Source of the DNA: Candidatus Bathyarchaeota archaeon
GTDB lineage: Archaea > Thermoproteota > Bathyarchaeia > TCS64
Assembly: GCA_963771885.1 (NCBI GenBank)
Contig: CAVYVF010000023.1
Location: forward strand, 672,001-736,000
Length of the DNA: 64,000 bases
Direction of reading: 5' to 3'
Shown here: positions 30,825 to 40,570 of the stretch, one piece after another
Numbering within the stretch: position 1 is the stretch's first letter
Layout: each line of letters begins with the position of its first letter
The notes under the pieces: model-generated
Told to the model about the DNA's origin: nothing
Database searches by the model: none
Seen by the model: the letters and a program-made list of their open reading frames with translations, nothing else
Translations under genes and position numbers: made by a program

Positions 30825-31271
30825 ATGGCAGCTCCCCGACGTGAGGATCAGCTGCGCAGGATTCTATACGAGCTGCAGCTAATGGAGGGCACAGCCAACG
30901 TCCTCCAGCAGAGGATGCAAATACTCACACAGGCCCAGGCAGAGCTGCGCGTCAGCCAGCAGAGCCTCGGCGACCTCAAGGAGGTCCAGCCCGATACACC
31001 CATACTGATCCCGGTCGGCGGAGCCGCTTTCATACACGCGAAGACGGCGCCACTAGACAAGGTCATAGTCGGCGTCGGGGCAGACGTCTCCGTTGAGATG
31101 GACTACCAGAAGGCGGTCGACGACGTAAAAACACGTCTCGAGGAGGTTGAGAAGACCCTCACCTCCGTCGATGAGCAGCTTGGGCAGGTGCTCGCGCAGA
31201 TGCAGAGCCACCAGGACGCAGGGAACAGGCTCTCAGCCGAGCTTCAGGGTGAGGGCAAGGTTGTTCGATAG
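30825..31271 (+). CDS. pfdA: Prefoldin alpha subunit
   Basis: Coiled coils flanking LIPVGG.AF and VIVGVGADVSVE. Confidence 0.93.
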   Translation: MAAPRREDQLRRILYELQLMEGTANVLQQRMQILTQAQAELRVSQQSLGDLKEVQPDTPILIPVGGAAFIHAKTAPLDKVIVGVGADVSVEMDYQKAVDDVKTRLEEVEKTLTSVDEQLGQVLAQMQSHQDAGNRLSAELQGEGKVVR

Positions 31272-32172
31272 GCTCAAGCAGGGCCTCAAAGGCATAGTTG
31301 ACAAGATTTCTAAGACGGGGCTAACTGAGAAGGACCTCGAGCCCCTCGTCTGGGATCTCCAGATGCAGCTCATCGGCAATGATGTCTCCGTTCAGGTCGC
31401 TGAGAAGGTCTGCGAGGAGCTGAAGAAGCGCCTCGTGGGGCAGGAGGCGAGTCGATTCGGGGACAAGTCGGACGTCGTAAAGAAGGCGCTCAAGGAATCT
31501 ATAGAATCGGTCATGCAGGCGGGTAAGGGTGTTGACCTCGTCGCCGCCGCTAGGGAGGTGAAGAAGCAGGGGCGCCCATTCCTCGTCATGTTCGTCGGTA
31601 TAAACGGCACGGGCAAGACGACGACGATCGCAAAGGTCACCCACCTACTGCAGAAGAGTGGGCTCAGCGTCGTCCTCGCCTCAGGGGACACGTACCGCGC
31701 TGGGGCGATCGAGCAGCTGGAGGAGCACGCGCGGCGCCTCGACGTGAAGATCATAAAGCACCAATACGGGAGCGACGCCGCGGCGGTAGGCTACGATGCC
31801 GTGCAGCACGCGAAGGCGAAGGGGGTCGACGTCGTCCTCATAGACACCGCGGGGAGGATGCAGACCAACCGCAACCTCATGGACGAGCTCACAAAGATCA
31901 AGCGCATCGTCCAGCCCGACCTCACAATCATGATCCTCGACTCCCTCATCGGCAACGACGCGACAGAGCAGGCCCTCACCTTCAACAAGGCGGTCGGCTT
32001 CGACGCCGCCATCCTCACGAAGGTGGACGCCGACGCGAAGGGCGGCTCCAGCCTGAGCGTGAGCTTCCTCACAGGCAAGCCCGTAATCTACATTGGGGTA
32101 GGACAGGGCTACGACGACCTCCAGCCATTCGATGCTGGATGGTTCGCGGAGAAGCTGCTCGGGGATTCGTAA
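31261..32172 (+). CDS. ftsY: SRP receptor FtsY
   Basis: GINGTGKTTT, DTYRAGA, DTAGR, TKVD; TTG start at 31261. Confidence 0.95.
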   Translation: MFDRLKQGLKGIVDKISKTGLTEKDLEPLVWDLQMQLIGNDVSVQVAEKVCEELKKRLVGQEASRFGDKSDVVKKALKESIESVMQAGKGVDLVAAAREVKKQGRPFLVMFVGINGTGKTTTIAKVTHLLQKSGLSVVLASGDTYRAGAIEQLEEHARRLDVKIIKHQYGSDAAAVGYDAVQHAKAKGVDVVLIDTAGRMQTNRNLMDELTKIKRIVQPDLTIMILDSLIGNDATEQALTFNKAVGFDAAILTKVDADAKGGSSLSVSFLTGKPVIYIGVGQGYDDLQPFDAGWFAEKLLGDS

Positions 32173-32212
32173 AGATTTTAAGGCTCACGCGTCTCTCAGT
32201 GGGCGTTAAGCC

Positions 32213-32386
32213 ATGGGCGTAAACGAGTTCGTCGAGAGCGCAAAGCGCCTCCTAGTCACGCTGAACAAGCCCGACTGGAAGACCTTCAGCCTCAGCCTTA
32301 AGATCGTGCTGATTGGCGTGGGCATCCTCGGAGCGGTCGGCTACATCATACGCCTCATCGCCGTCGTCCTGCAGCCCGTCGGCTAA
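32213..32386 (+). CDS. secE: Protein translocase subunit SecE/Sec61-gamma (absent from ORF track)
   Basis: MGVNEFVESAKRLLVTLNKPDWKTFSLSLKIVLIGVGILGAVGYIIRLI...; KP motif plus one TM; position before spt5. Confidence 0.9.
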   Translation: MGVNEFVESAKRLLVTLNKPDWKTFSLSLKIVLIGVGILGAVGYIIRLIAVVLQPVG

Positions 32387-32452
32387 AGCTGCGACGTTTT
32401 CGACTTTTAGCCACTCAGCAACATTAATATTAGCCATCCACTTACGCTAACG

Positions 32453-32935
32453 GTGCAACCGGACGTGGCAGATGTGCCAGACAAGCCTGTATCCCAGCTC
32501 TACGCGGTAAAGGTCACAAACGGCCAGGAGAAGACTGTTGCAGAGATGCTCGCTGACAAGGCGAAGATCGAGCACATATCAGTCCTAGCCATACTCGCGC
32601 CGTCGGAGCTGAAGGGCTACATTATCGTTGAGAGCGTCAACCCTCATATGGTCGACGAGCTCATACGGGGCGTCAGGTATGCCAGGGAGCGCATACAAGG
32701 CACTGTTTCACCCGCTGAGGTGGATCACTACCTTGAGACGAAGCCAGCCATCGAGGGCCTGGCTGAGGGCACCCTGGTAGACGTCGTAGCCGGCCCCTTC
32801 AAGGGCATGCAGGCGAAAGTGGTGCGCGTGGATACCTCCAAGGAGGAAGTAACGATAGAGATCCTTGAGGCGGCATTTAGCCTGCCGATAACCGTCCACG
32901 CCGACTATGTCCGGGAGGTTAAAGGAGCTAGCTGA
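32453..32935 (+). CDS. spt5: Transcription elongation factor Spt5
   Basis: VT.GQE, LKGYIIVE, KOW motif GPFKG. Confidence 0.95.
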   Translation: MQPDVADVPDKPVSQLYAVKVTNGQEKTVAEMLADKAKIEHISVLAILAPSELKGYIIVESVNPHMVDELIRGVRYARERIQGTVSPAEVDHYLETKPAIEGLAEGTLVDVVAGPFKGMQAKVVRVDTSKEEVTIEILEAAFSLPITVHADYVREVKGAS

Positions 32936-32937
32936 GA

Positions 32938-33423
32938 TTGGTAGAAAAGAAGTTCAACTTTATCGTCCCGGGTGGTGGGGCGACAGGCGGTCCGCCGATT
33001 GGCCCAGCTTTGGGCCCGATGGGCGTCAACATCATGCAGATCGTCGCCGAGATCAACAAGCAGACCGGCGACTACAAGGGCACACCCGTCCCAGTGGACG
33101 TGTTGATTGACACGGACTCGAAGGAGTTCAAGGTCAAGGTCGGGATGCTCAGCACATTCGCCCTGCTAACGCAGGCGGCTGGCATAACGAAGGGCTCTGG
33201 CACTCCCCACTCCGCAAAGGTCGGGGACCTCGCCTTTGACCAGCTTGTGACGGTCGCCAAGAAGAAGAAGGCAGGCCTCTACGCTGCAAGCCTCAAGACT
33301 GCTGTACGCGAGGTGCTCGGCACATGCGTCAGCATGGGCGTCACCGTCGACGGCAAGCCAGCGAAGGACGTCGAGGCGCAGATAAAGGGCGGCGAGTACG
33401 ACGCCCAGCTAAAGGAGGACTAG
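32938..33423 (+). CDS. rpl11: 50S ribosomal protein L11
   Basis: GGATGGPPIGPALGP.GVN, GTCVSMGVTVDG. Confidence 0.96.
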   Translation: MVEKKFNFIVPGGGATGGPPIGPALGPMGVNIMQIVAEINKQTGDYKGTPVPVDVLIDTDSKEFKVKVGMLSTFALLTQAAGITKGSGTPHSAKVGDLAFDQLVTVAKKKKAGLYAASLKTAVREVLGTCVSMGVTVDGKPAKDVEAQIKGGEYDAQLKED

Positions 33424-33427
33424 AAGC

Positions 33428-34072
33428 ATGTCCCTACAGCGCAAAGATATCAACGAGGCTATCACGAAGGCGAGGCAGGCTTCCAAGAAGCGGAAGTTCG
33501 AGCAGACCTTCGAGATGGCGATCAACCTACGCGAGCTCGACATGAAGCGCCCCGAGAACAGGGTCAACCTGCGCGTCCAGCTTCCCAACGGGATCGGCGG
33601 GCAGAAGGTCCTCGTCTTCGCGGGCGGTGACCTCGCACTCAGGGCACGCAGGAGCGGAGCCGACGCCGTCATCGAGCCGCCGGAACTCGCCGAGCTAGCT
33701 AAGGACAAGAAGGCGGCTAAGAAGAAGCTCAAGGGTTTCGACATATTCATCAGCGAGGCGCCGTTGATGCCGACGGTGGGTCGTGTCGCAGGTCCCATCC
33801 TGGGCCCTCGCGGCAAGATGCCTACTCCGGTACCACCGCAGGCGCCCGTCGACACAGTCATCGAGCGCGAGCGCCGCGCCGTCGTTCTGAGGAGCAGGGA
33901 CAAGATGTTCTGCCACGTCATGGTTGGTCGCGAGAACATGACCGACGAGCAGGTGGCCCAGAACATCGAGACCATACTCACCAACCTCATCGGCGCCACA
34001 AAGCGTGGCTATGGTAACATCAAGAGCATCTACCTGAAGACGACCATGGGAGAGGCCGTCAAGCTCTACTGA
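33428..34072 (+). CDS. rpl1: 50S ribosomal protein L1
   Basis: RKFEQT, LGPRGKMP.P, Y.KTTMG. Confidence 0.96.
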   Translation: MSLQRKDINEAITKARQASKKRKFEQTFEMAINLRELDMKRPENRVNLRVQLPNGIGGQKVLVFAGGDLALRARRSGADAVIEPPELAELAKDKKAAKKKLKGFDIFISEAPLMPTVGRVAGPILGPRGKMPTPVPPQAPVDTVIERERRAVVLRSRDKMFCHVMVGRENMTDEQVAQNIETILTNLIGATKRGYGNIKSIYLKTTMGEAVKLY

Positions 34073-34082
34073 GGTGGCATGA

Positions 34083-34937
34083 ATGACAAACGTATCTGAG
34101 CAGAAGGCAGCAATCGTCGAGAGCACAGTGAGCCTGCTGAAGAAGTACGAGGTCATCGCCGCCGCCGACCTGAACAAGGTGCAGAGCGGCATGCTGATGG
34201 ACCTCAGGAAGAGCCTCAGGGGCCAGCTCGAGATCAAGACCGTGAAGAACACGCTGCTGAGGATCAGCATGGAGAAGGCGCAGAAGCCCGGTACGCCCGA
34301 GTTCATCAAGGCGATCGCTGGGCAGAACATGCTCCTCTTCACAAACGGCAACCCCTTCAAGCTGGCGATGAACCTCGAGAAGAGCAAGGTCGAGAGCTTC
34401 GCCAAGGCGGGAGACATCGCGCTCAAGGAGCTGACCATCCCCGCGGGCAACACGGGCATCAGTCCCGGCCCCATGATCAGCAAGTTCGGAGGACTCGGTA
34501 TAAAGACCCGCATCGAGGCGGGCAACATCTGGGTCGTCGCCGACACCGTCATCGCCGAGAAGGGTGACACGATCACCGCCGATATGGCCGACCTCCTGCA
34601 GAGGCTGGGCATCAAGGCGGCTCAGAGTGGTCTAGGTCTCAAGGTCGTCTACGAGAAGGGCATGATCATACCCGGCAGGGACCTGATCATCGACGTCGCC
34701 GACTACAGGAAGCGGCTCATGGAGGCTGCTGGTGGAGCGTTCGCGGTCGCCCTCAAGGGCCCCTACGTCACTCCCACTACGGCACCGACGCTCCTGAGCA
34801 TGGCGATGCAGCAGGCGAAGGCCGTCGCGGTCGAGGCGGGCTACCTCACGCCCGACACGGCTGCGGAGATCATCGCCAAGGCGAATGCCCAGGCGAAGTC
34901 GCTCCAGGATAAGGTCGACGCAAAGAAGACCGCGTAG
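34083..34937 (+). CDS. rpl10: 50S ribosomal protein L10 (aP0)
   Basis: KNTL, NPFKL, AKAGDIA, PAG.TG..PGP, LQRLGIK. Confidence 0.95.
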   Translation: MTNVSEQKAAIVESTVSLLKKYEVIAAADLNKVQSGMLMDLRKSLRGQLEIKTVKNTLLRISMEKAQKPGTPEFIKAIAGQNMLLFTNGNPFKLAMNLEKSKVESFAKAGDIALKELTIPAGNTGISPGPMISKFGGLGIKTRIEAGNIWVVADTVIAEKGDTITADMADLLQRLGIKAAQSGLGLKVVYEKGMIIPGRDLIIDVADYRKRLMEAAGGAFAVALKGPYVTPTTAPTLLSMAMQQAKAVAVEAGYLTPDTAAEIIAKANAQAKSLQDKVDAKKTA

Positions 34938-35045
34938 ACGAACTACGCGGCTCTTTTTCAGTTTTTTAAACGAATATTTTCGTTTTGATAGTGGTCATTC
35001 ACATCGAGAATAGCTAATATATGCGGACGCATCCACCCCTCCTGT

Positions 35046-35570
35046 ATGGACGTTCTCAAGACAATCGAGACACGCAGGAGTGTCAGGAAGTACAAACCCA
35101 TCCCCGTGCCGGACGGCGACCTGAAGAAGATCCTTGAGGCTGGGCGCCTCGCCCCTTCGGCGGGTAACAAGCAGCCGTGGGGCTTCGTCGTTGTACGCGA
35201 CGCTGAGGGCAAGAAGAAGCTCGCGGAGGCCGCGAGGAACCAGATGTGGACCGCGGACGCCGGCGCCTTCCTCGCCGTGTTTGGCGACGCCGCCAACAGC
35301 CCCGGCGGCTACTCCAAGTGGGTCGAGCGCGACCCCATGATCGCCGTCGAGAGCATGATCCTTGCTGCGTGGAGCCTAGGCTACGGCACATGTTGGATAG
35401 GAGCATTCGAGGAGGAGAAGGTCAAGCCCCTCCTCGGCATACCCGAGGACAAGAAGGTCATCTGCCTCCTACCCATAGGCGTCCCAGCGGAGACCCCCGA
35501 CCCCAAGCCACGCAGGGCATTCGGCGAAGTCTTTCACGCCGAGAAGTACGGTAAGTCTCTAAACCTCTAG
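35046..35570 (+). CDS. Nitroreductase family protein
   Basis: RRSVRKY, APSAGNKQPW.F, GYGTCWIG. Confidence 0.93.
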   Translation: MDVLKTIETRRSVRKYKPIPVPDGDLKKILEAGRLAPSAGNKQPWGFVVVRDAEGKKKLAEAARNQMWTADAGAFLAVFGDAANSPGGYSKWVERDPMIAVESMILAAWSLGYGTCWIGAFEEEKVKPLLGIPEDKKVICLLPIGVPAETPDPKPRRAFGEVFHAEKYGKSLNL

Positions 35571-35591
35571 CTGCGAGGAAAGAATCAGCGA

Positions 35592-35936
35592 CTACTTCTT
35601 CTCTTCCTTCTTCTGCGTCGGCTCTATCGTGAGGAACCTGAGGAGCTTCGTCCCAGTATTTACGATCTCGTGCAGCTCGTCCGGCCTAAGATAGATGAAG
35701 ACGCCGGAGCCAAGCAGGCTCGTCCCGTTCTCGTCCCTCACCTCGCCGGTGCCTTCAACGATGTACATGGTGTGCTCGTAGGGGTGGCGGTGGCGGAGAG
35801 TGTGTCCCCCCGGCGCGACCTCGATCATCGCCGTGGAGACAGTTGACTCTACATCGTTGAGCTTGCGCTTCTTCGACCCGGGTGCCTCGCTGCCTATCGC
35901 CGCCTCGGGCATCTCGGTGTAGTGGTAGATTCTCAT
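35592..35936 (-). CDS. Cupin-domain protein
   Basis: H.H.YEH..Y..EG.G and P...H.I.N cupin motifs. Confidence 0.88.
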   Translation of the reverse strand: MRIYHYTEMPEAAIGSEAPGSKKRKLNDVESTVSTAMIEVAPGGHTLRHRHPYEHTMYIVEGTGEVRDENGTSLLGSGVFIYLRPDELHEIVNTGTKLLRFLTIEPTQKKEEKK

Positions 35937-36016
35937 CGGTGAACGGTATAGAAGCGCCGTGGATAAGCCATCCGCCCCGGCAACTGTTTAACTGCCGCGG
36001 CGCGGAGACATCTGAG

Positions 36017-36673
36017 ATGCTCAGCGGGATAAGGCTCGTCATATACGACCTCGACGGTACCCTCATCGACTCCACTGAGGCGATAGTCGACACGTTCAAC
36101 GTCATCCTCGCTGAGGAGGGTATCGCGCCGCCCGCCCCTGGCGTCATCGCATCCCTAATCGGCGAGCCCATGCCCGAGATACTCAAGAGGCTCCTACCTC
36201 CCGAGAGGCGGGGTGAAGTCCAGCGCTTCTGGGACGCCTACATCCCCGTCTACGCCCGCATAAGCCCCGAGAAGACGCGGGTCCTCCCCGGCGCCGCTGA
36301 GACACTCCAAACATTCAAGGCGCGTAGCCTCCTCCAGAGCATAGCTACCCAGAAGAAGTGCGCCGTCGCAACACGAGTCCTCGGCGAGCTCGGCCTCCTC
36401 AGCGACATCGACCTCGTCTGCGGCATAGATGACGTGGTCCACCCGAAGCCGGCGCCTGACATCGTCGAACTCACCCTAAAGCGCCTCGGCGTGAAGCCCA
36501 ACGAGGCGGTGATGATTGACGACACGACCATAGGGCTCTCGGCTGGAAAGAACGCTGGCGTCCGCACCGTCGGCGTCACCACGGGGACACATAGCCGGGA
36601 GAAGCTGCTGACCCTTGACCCTGACTACGTCATCGACGGGCTAGACGAGCTGCCCCGCCTCATCGTTCCTTGA
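36017..36673 (+). CDS. HAD-superfamily hydrolase (phosphoglycolate phosphatase-like)
   Basis: DLDGTLIDS, KPAPD, IDDT motifs. Confidence 0.9.
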   Translation: MLSGIRLVIYDLDGTLIDSTEAIVDTFNVILAEEGIAPPAPGVIASLIGEPMPEILKRLLPPERRGEVQRFWDAYIPVYARISPEKTRVLPGAAETLQTFKARSLLQSIATQKKCAVATRVLGELGLLSDIDLVCGIDDVVHPKPAPDIVELTLKRLGVKPNEAVMIDDTTIGLSAGKNAGVRTVGVTTGTHSREKLLTLDPDYVIDGLDELPRLIVP

Positions 36674-37358
36674 TGGCGTGCTGGAAAGCCGCCTCGGCGT
36701 GGATGGTCGTCGTGTCGAAGACGGGTATCTTTGTGTCGCTCTGCTTGATGAGCAAGGGGATCTCGGTGCAGCCAAGTATGACTCCCTGGGCGCCCTTCGC
36801 CTTGAGCCTCTCCATAATGGCGAGGTAGTTCCTTCGGCTCTGGTCCTTAAGGACGCCGTAGGCGAGCTCCTCGAAGATGACGCGCCCTACCTCCTTCTGG
36901 TCCTCCTCGTCGGGGACGACCACTTTGACACCGTACTTGGCGAGCCCCTCGCGGTAGTAGGGCTTATTCATAGCGAACCTCGTCCCTATGAGCCCGACCT
37001 TCTTTATCCCAGCCTTCTTAACCTCCAACCCCGTCGCATCCACGAGGCTCAGCAGGGGTATGATGTTCCTCCTGTCGAGCTTCTCGTAAAGGTTGTGCAT
37101 CGTGTTGGTGGCGATGACTGCAAAGTCGGCACCTGCATCGTGGAGCGACTTCAGCCCCTTCGCGAGCTCAAGCTCCATGCTATCCCAGTCCTCCACCGCC
37201 ATCCAATCCTCAAAGCGCTGGAAGCTGACACTGAACACGACCACCTCCGGGTAGGCGTGGCTGTGGTAGAGCTCCTCGTAGCGGTGGATTATGTGCATGT
37301 AGTAGGGTACGGTCGACTCGGGCGTGAGGCCCCCGAGGATCCCGATCCGCTTGTACAT
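36660..37358 (-). CDS. Aspartate/amino-acid racemase (YgeA/RacX-like)
   Basis: IGILGGL.PEST..YY, ATNTMH, GCTEIP. Confidence 0.92.
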   Translation of the reverse strand: MYKRIGILGGLTPESTVPYYMHIIHRYEELYHSHAYPEVVVFSVSFQRFEDWMAVEDWDSMELELAKGLKSLHDAGADFAVIATNTMHNLYEKLDRRNIIPLLSLVDATGLEVKKAGIKKVGLIGTRFAMNKPYYREGLAKYGVKVVVPDEEDQKEVGRVIFEELAYGVLKDQSRRNYLAIMERLKAKGAQGVILGCTEIPLLIKQSDTKIPVFDTTTIHAEAAFQHAIKER

Positions 37359-37396
37359 GGTTGAAGATGTGCTTCGGGCTATAAGAGAGGTGCGGG

Positions 37397-37879
37397 TCAC
37401 TGGGCGACGTCGACGAAGTCACCGACCTGGCTTCGGAGTTGGGCAACCGAGAGATTAAGAACCGAGTTCGGTGTCCCCGCAGCAGCCCAGACCTTCTCGA
37501 ACCGGGTGAGGCTCCCGTCGAGGAGCACTTTAACGGAGGGCTCGTGAGGGAATGGCGGCACACCGCCTATGACGTAGCCGGTGAGCACTTTCACGGCGTC
37601 AGCATCCGCGTTTCCCACCTTGGTGCCGAGGAGTGCACCGACCTTCTTCGCGTCGACGCGCCTGTCGCCGCTTATCACGACGACCACCGCCTGCTCCTCT
37701 GCCTTGAAGACTATGCTCTTGGCAATCTCGGCGACGGTGCAACCGAGGGCGTCTGCGGCGAGCTGGCTGGTACGGGTCGACTCATCGAGTGTGACGACGC
37801 GTGCCTCTATGCCCTTCTCCTTCAGGTAATCGGCGACACGCTTGGAAGCCTTCGTCGCAGACACTAGAGGCTCCTCCAC
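37397..37879 (-). CDS. YbaK/EbsC-family aminoacyl-tRNA deacylase
   Basis: AA.ALG....IAKSIVF, TGY.IGGVPPF, VWAAAG. Confidence 0.92.
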   Translation of the reverse strand: MEEPLVSATKASKRVADYLKEKGIEARVVTLDESTRTSQLAADALGCTVAEIAKSIVFKAEEQAVVVVISGDRRVDAKKVGALLGTKVGNADADAVKVLTGYVIGGVPPFPHEPSVKVLLDGSLTRFEKVWAAAGTPNSVLNLSVAQLRSQVGDFVDVAQ

Positions 37880-38817
37880 CTCTCGATGAGTTCTAGGAGC
37901 TGTTCCCTAGTGGGTCCCCCACGTGTCTCCTTCCTCGTCGCCTTGAAGCTACCCCCTGCGTTGCCCCATCGGAGCGCGTCCTCATCGCTCAGCCCCTCCA
38001 CCTTCGCCGAGGCGAAGCCGCCGATGAAGGCATCGCCACAGCCGACACGGTTGACGACGGTCATCCCCAGCTTCTCCAGGGGGACGGCGTCGACGTGTAT
38101 CATGGCTCCGCCGCTATTCTGGGTGAGCGTGCAGCCCTCTGCGCCGTGCTTGATTATGCACTTGACCCCCCGGGCCCTCTCATGCATAATCCTAGCGATT
38201 TCATGCGCCGAGTCGGTGCCGAGGAGGTTCTCGTACTCCAGGTGGTTAAGTATGAAGTAGTCAGTGTTGGCGAGGGTAGGTATGAGTGCATCTAGCCCCT
38301 TCTCGGCGTAGACGCCGGGGTCCCAGATGACCATGACGCCCTTATCCTTGCACAACTCAGCGAGGCAACGCGCCGTCTCGATCGGCGGGTCCATGATGAC
38401 ACAGACCTTCGCCCCCTCGATTAGCTTCATCCTCTCCGGGTCGCGGAGGCACATCCCATCCAGCCGGAGGTTTGCGCCGAAGTAGGTATGAATCTCGTTC
38501 TCACCGTCGCCACCTATGCTGATGTACGCCTGCCCAGACTCCTCCCCCTGAACGAACAGCAGCCCAGAGTCGTCGACGCCCTCCTCCCAGAGTATGCTCC
38601 TCTGCTTGTCTCCTATCTCGTCCTTACCGAGGGCGCCTATGAAGGCGACACGCTTCTTCCCGAGTATCCGAGCCGAGGCTACGGCGACGTTCGCCGCCGT
38701 GCCTCCACTGACGCGCTGTATCTCGTTTACGGGCACCTCCTCCCCTGGGCGGGGCAGCCGGGGCATGAAAAGGTTGATGTCCCAGTTTATGGCGCCGCAT
38801 GTGATCAGGTCAGCCAC
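37864..38817 (-). CDS. PfkB-family carbohydrate kinase (ribokinase-like)
   Basis: GGTAANVA, G.D..G, VGCGDAFIGG. Confidence 0.9.
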   Translation of the reverse strand: MADLITCGAINWDINLFMPRLPRPGEEVPVNEIQRVSGGTAANVAVASARILGKKRVAFIGALGKDEIGDKQRSILWEEGVDDSGLLFVQGEESGQAYISIGGDGENEIHTYFGANLRLDGMCLRDPERMKLIEGAKVCVIMDPPIETARCLAELCKDKGVMVIWDPGVYAEKGLDALIPTLANTDYFILNHLEYENLLGTDSAHEIARIMHERARGVKCIIKHGAEGCTLTQNSGGAMIHVDAVPLEKLGMTVVNRVGCGDAFIGGFASAKVEGLSDEDALRWGNAGGSFKATRKETRGGPTREQLLELIERWRSL

Positions 38818-38819
38818 GA

Positions 38820-39770
38820 CTAGGCCCCCTTCGCTACCCTGTCGACTATCATCTTATGGAAACGCTGGGCATCGACCTCGGCGACTATCTGGTGCGCCGC
38901 CTTAGCATTCACCTCGACAGCGAACCTACGTCGGTCGATCACCGTCATCCCCATAGTGTGCTCACCCCTCGTCTCCACCTCTACATTGTATCGCTGTAGC
39001 TTGAACATGGTCGGGTCAGCGACGTAGGCGAGTGCCATCGGGTCGTGGAGGCTGAAGCCGTTGTACCTCTCGATGAGGGTGCCACAGAGCCCCTCGATGA
39101 GCTTCGCCCTCTTTGTGTTACCCTTCGTCATCTCTGCGAACATCGCCCTGCTCATCCTGTAGGCGGGGAACATCGTTGTGTCGAGGCCTATGCAGACAGT
39201 GGGTATGCCACTGTTGAAGACGAGCTTCGCCGCGTCCGGGTCGTGCCACACGTTAAACTCGGCGACGGCGTTCGCGTTTCCTATTCCGGCGGGGGTGAGT
39301 CCGAAGCTCCCGCCCATGATGACGAGTCCGTCAACCTTCTCGGGTATCTCAGTGTCCGCGAGTATCGCCGCTGCGATGTTTGTTAGGGGGCCGATCGCCA
39401 CGAGAGTAAGGTCCTTCCCCAGCCTCTCAACTTCGTCGAGTATGAGGTGGACGGCGCTACGCTCATCCAACTTCATCTTTGGCTCGGGGAGTTTCGCGTC
39501 CATAAGCCCCGTCTTGCCGTGGAAGTCCTCCGCGCTCCCCATCTCCTTAAGCATCGGGTGCGCTGCGCCCCGCGCGAGAGGCACGTCGGTCCTGCCGAGG
39601 AACTCGAGGAGCTGCCTTGCATTGCGGGTGCCCCTCTCAACGTCGACGTTGCCGTCGACCGTCGTGATGGCCTCGACGCTTATCTCTGGGCTAGAGAACG
39701 TGAGTAGGAAGGCTAAGGCGTCGTCTACGCCTGGGTCCGTGTCAAGCAGTATCCGCTTCAACGGTAACAA
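38820..39770 (-). CDS. Inosine/uridine-preferring nucleoside hydrolase
   Basis: DTDPGVDD, GPLTN, MGG, AEFN...DP, LHDP. Confidence 0.94.
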   Translation of the reverse strand: MLPLKRILLDTDPGVDDALAFLLTFSSPEISVEAITTVDGNVDVERGTRNARQLLEFLGRTDVPLARGAAHPMLKEMGSAEDFHGKTGLMDAKLPEPKMKLDERSAVHLILDEVERLGKDLTLVAIGPLTNIAAAILADTEIPEKVDGLVIMGGSFGLTPAGIGNANAVAEFNVWHDPDAAKLVFNSGIPTVCIGLDTTMFPAYRMSRAMFAEMTKGNTKRAKLIEGLCGTLIERYNGFSLHDPMALAYVADPTMFKLQRYNVEVETRGEHTMGMTVIDRRRFAVEVNAKAAHQIVAEVDAQRFHKMIVDRVAKGA

Positions 39771-39805
39771 CCTATGGAGTAGACGCCTCTGGGGGAATAA
39801 AACAT

Positions 39806-40498
39806 CTATTTCTTAAGGAGCGCCCTTGTGTACTCCTCGGTGAGCACTCTCATCCTCTCCGCCTGAGGCATCTCCGCCAGCTTGGCGAGCTCGCCGCGGC
39901 GCTTCTCCGCCATGATCTTCAACTCCTCGGGGTGCTCCCTCCACATCTGCTCCTCGAGCACACGCTTCACAACGATCTCAGTGAGCAGCGGGTCAGCTAT
40001 AGGACAACCTTCGAAGTTCTTCCCCTGCCCCATTGTGAGCAGCAGCTCGTTGACAGGGTAGCCGCGGCACGTACCTGGGCGGACGGGGTGTATGGCACAG
40101 AGGTTGCCCCTTAGGAAGGGGCAGGGCTGAGAGACGATGAACGTTCCGTCCCCCATGGGCACGGCATTTACCCTATCCTTCAGCTTCTTGTACTCCATGT
40201 GGAGGGTGTCAGCCACAGTCTGCAGTTCCTCCTTCTTCATCCTGATGCTACCCCTGCTCCTGCAGCAGTTGCCGCAGCGCTGGCAGAGCCTCTGCTGGAG
40301 CGCTATAATCATCGCGACCTCCGTCTCGAGTACGACGCCGAGGCTGCTGACCGCCTTGAGCACGTCCTCCTCCCTGACCGGGGGCATCTTGAGCCTCTTC
40401 TTAGCGAGATCGAGGACGCGAAAGGCGTGTGGGCCGGAGAATGGCTTGAAGTCGGGGCGCGCCAGGAGGCGGTCGAGGGGCGACTTCTCCTCGCTCAT
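39806..40498 (-). CDS. YkgJ-family CxxCxxCC cysteine-cluster protein
   Basis: CQRCGNCC, CPFL...C.IH..RP..CR.YP. Confidence 0.85.
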   Translation of the reverse strand: MSEEKSPLDRLLARPDFKPFSGPHAFRVLDLAKKRLKMPPVREEDVLKAVSSLGVVLETEVAMIIALQQRLCQRCGNCCRSRGSIRMKKEELQTVADTLHMEYKKLKDRVNAVPMGDGTFIVSQPCPFLRGNLCAIHPVRPGTCRGYPVNELLLTMGQGKNFEGCPIADPLLTEIVVKRVLEEQMWREHPEELKIMAEKRRGELAKLAEMPQAERMRVLTEEYTRALLKK

Positions 40499-40570
40499 GG
40501 TACGCCAATCAGCTCACGGGGTTATAACCCCATCCATGGCGCGTGTCGCCAGCTACACCTGCCCAAACCA

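Noticed and set aside
33695..34615. Long antisense or alternate-frame ORFs (this one, 58437-59330, 49182-50036, 22134-22901, 62819-63589 and similar)
   Set aside because: Shadow ORFs of high-GC3 genes, with no motifs of their own
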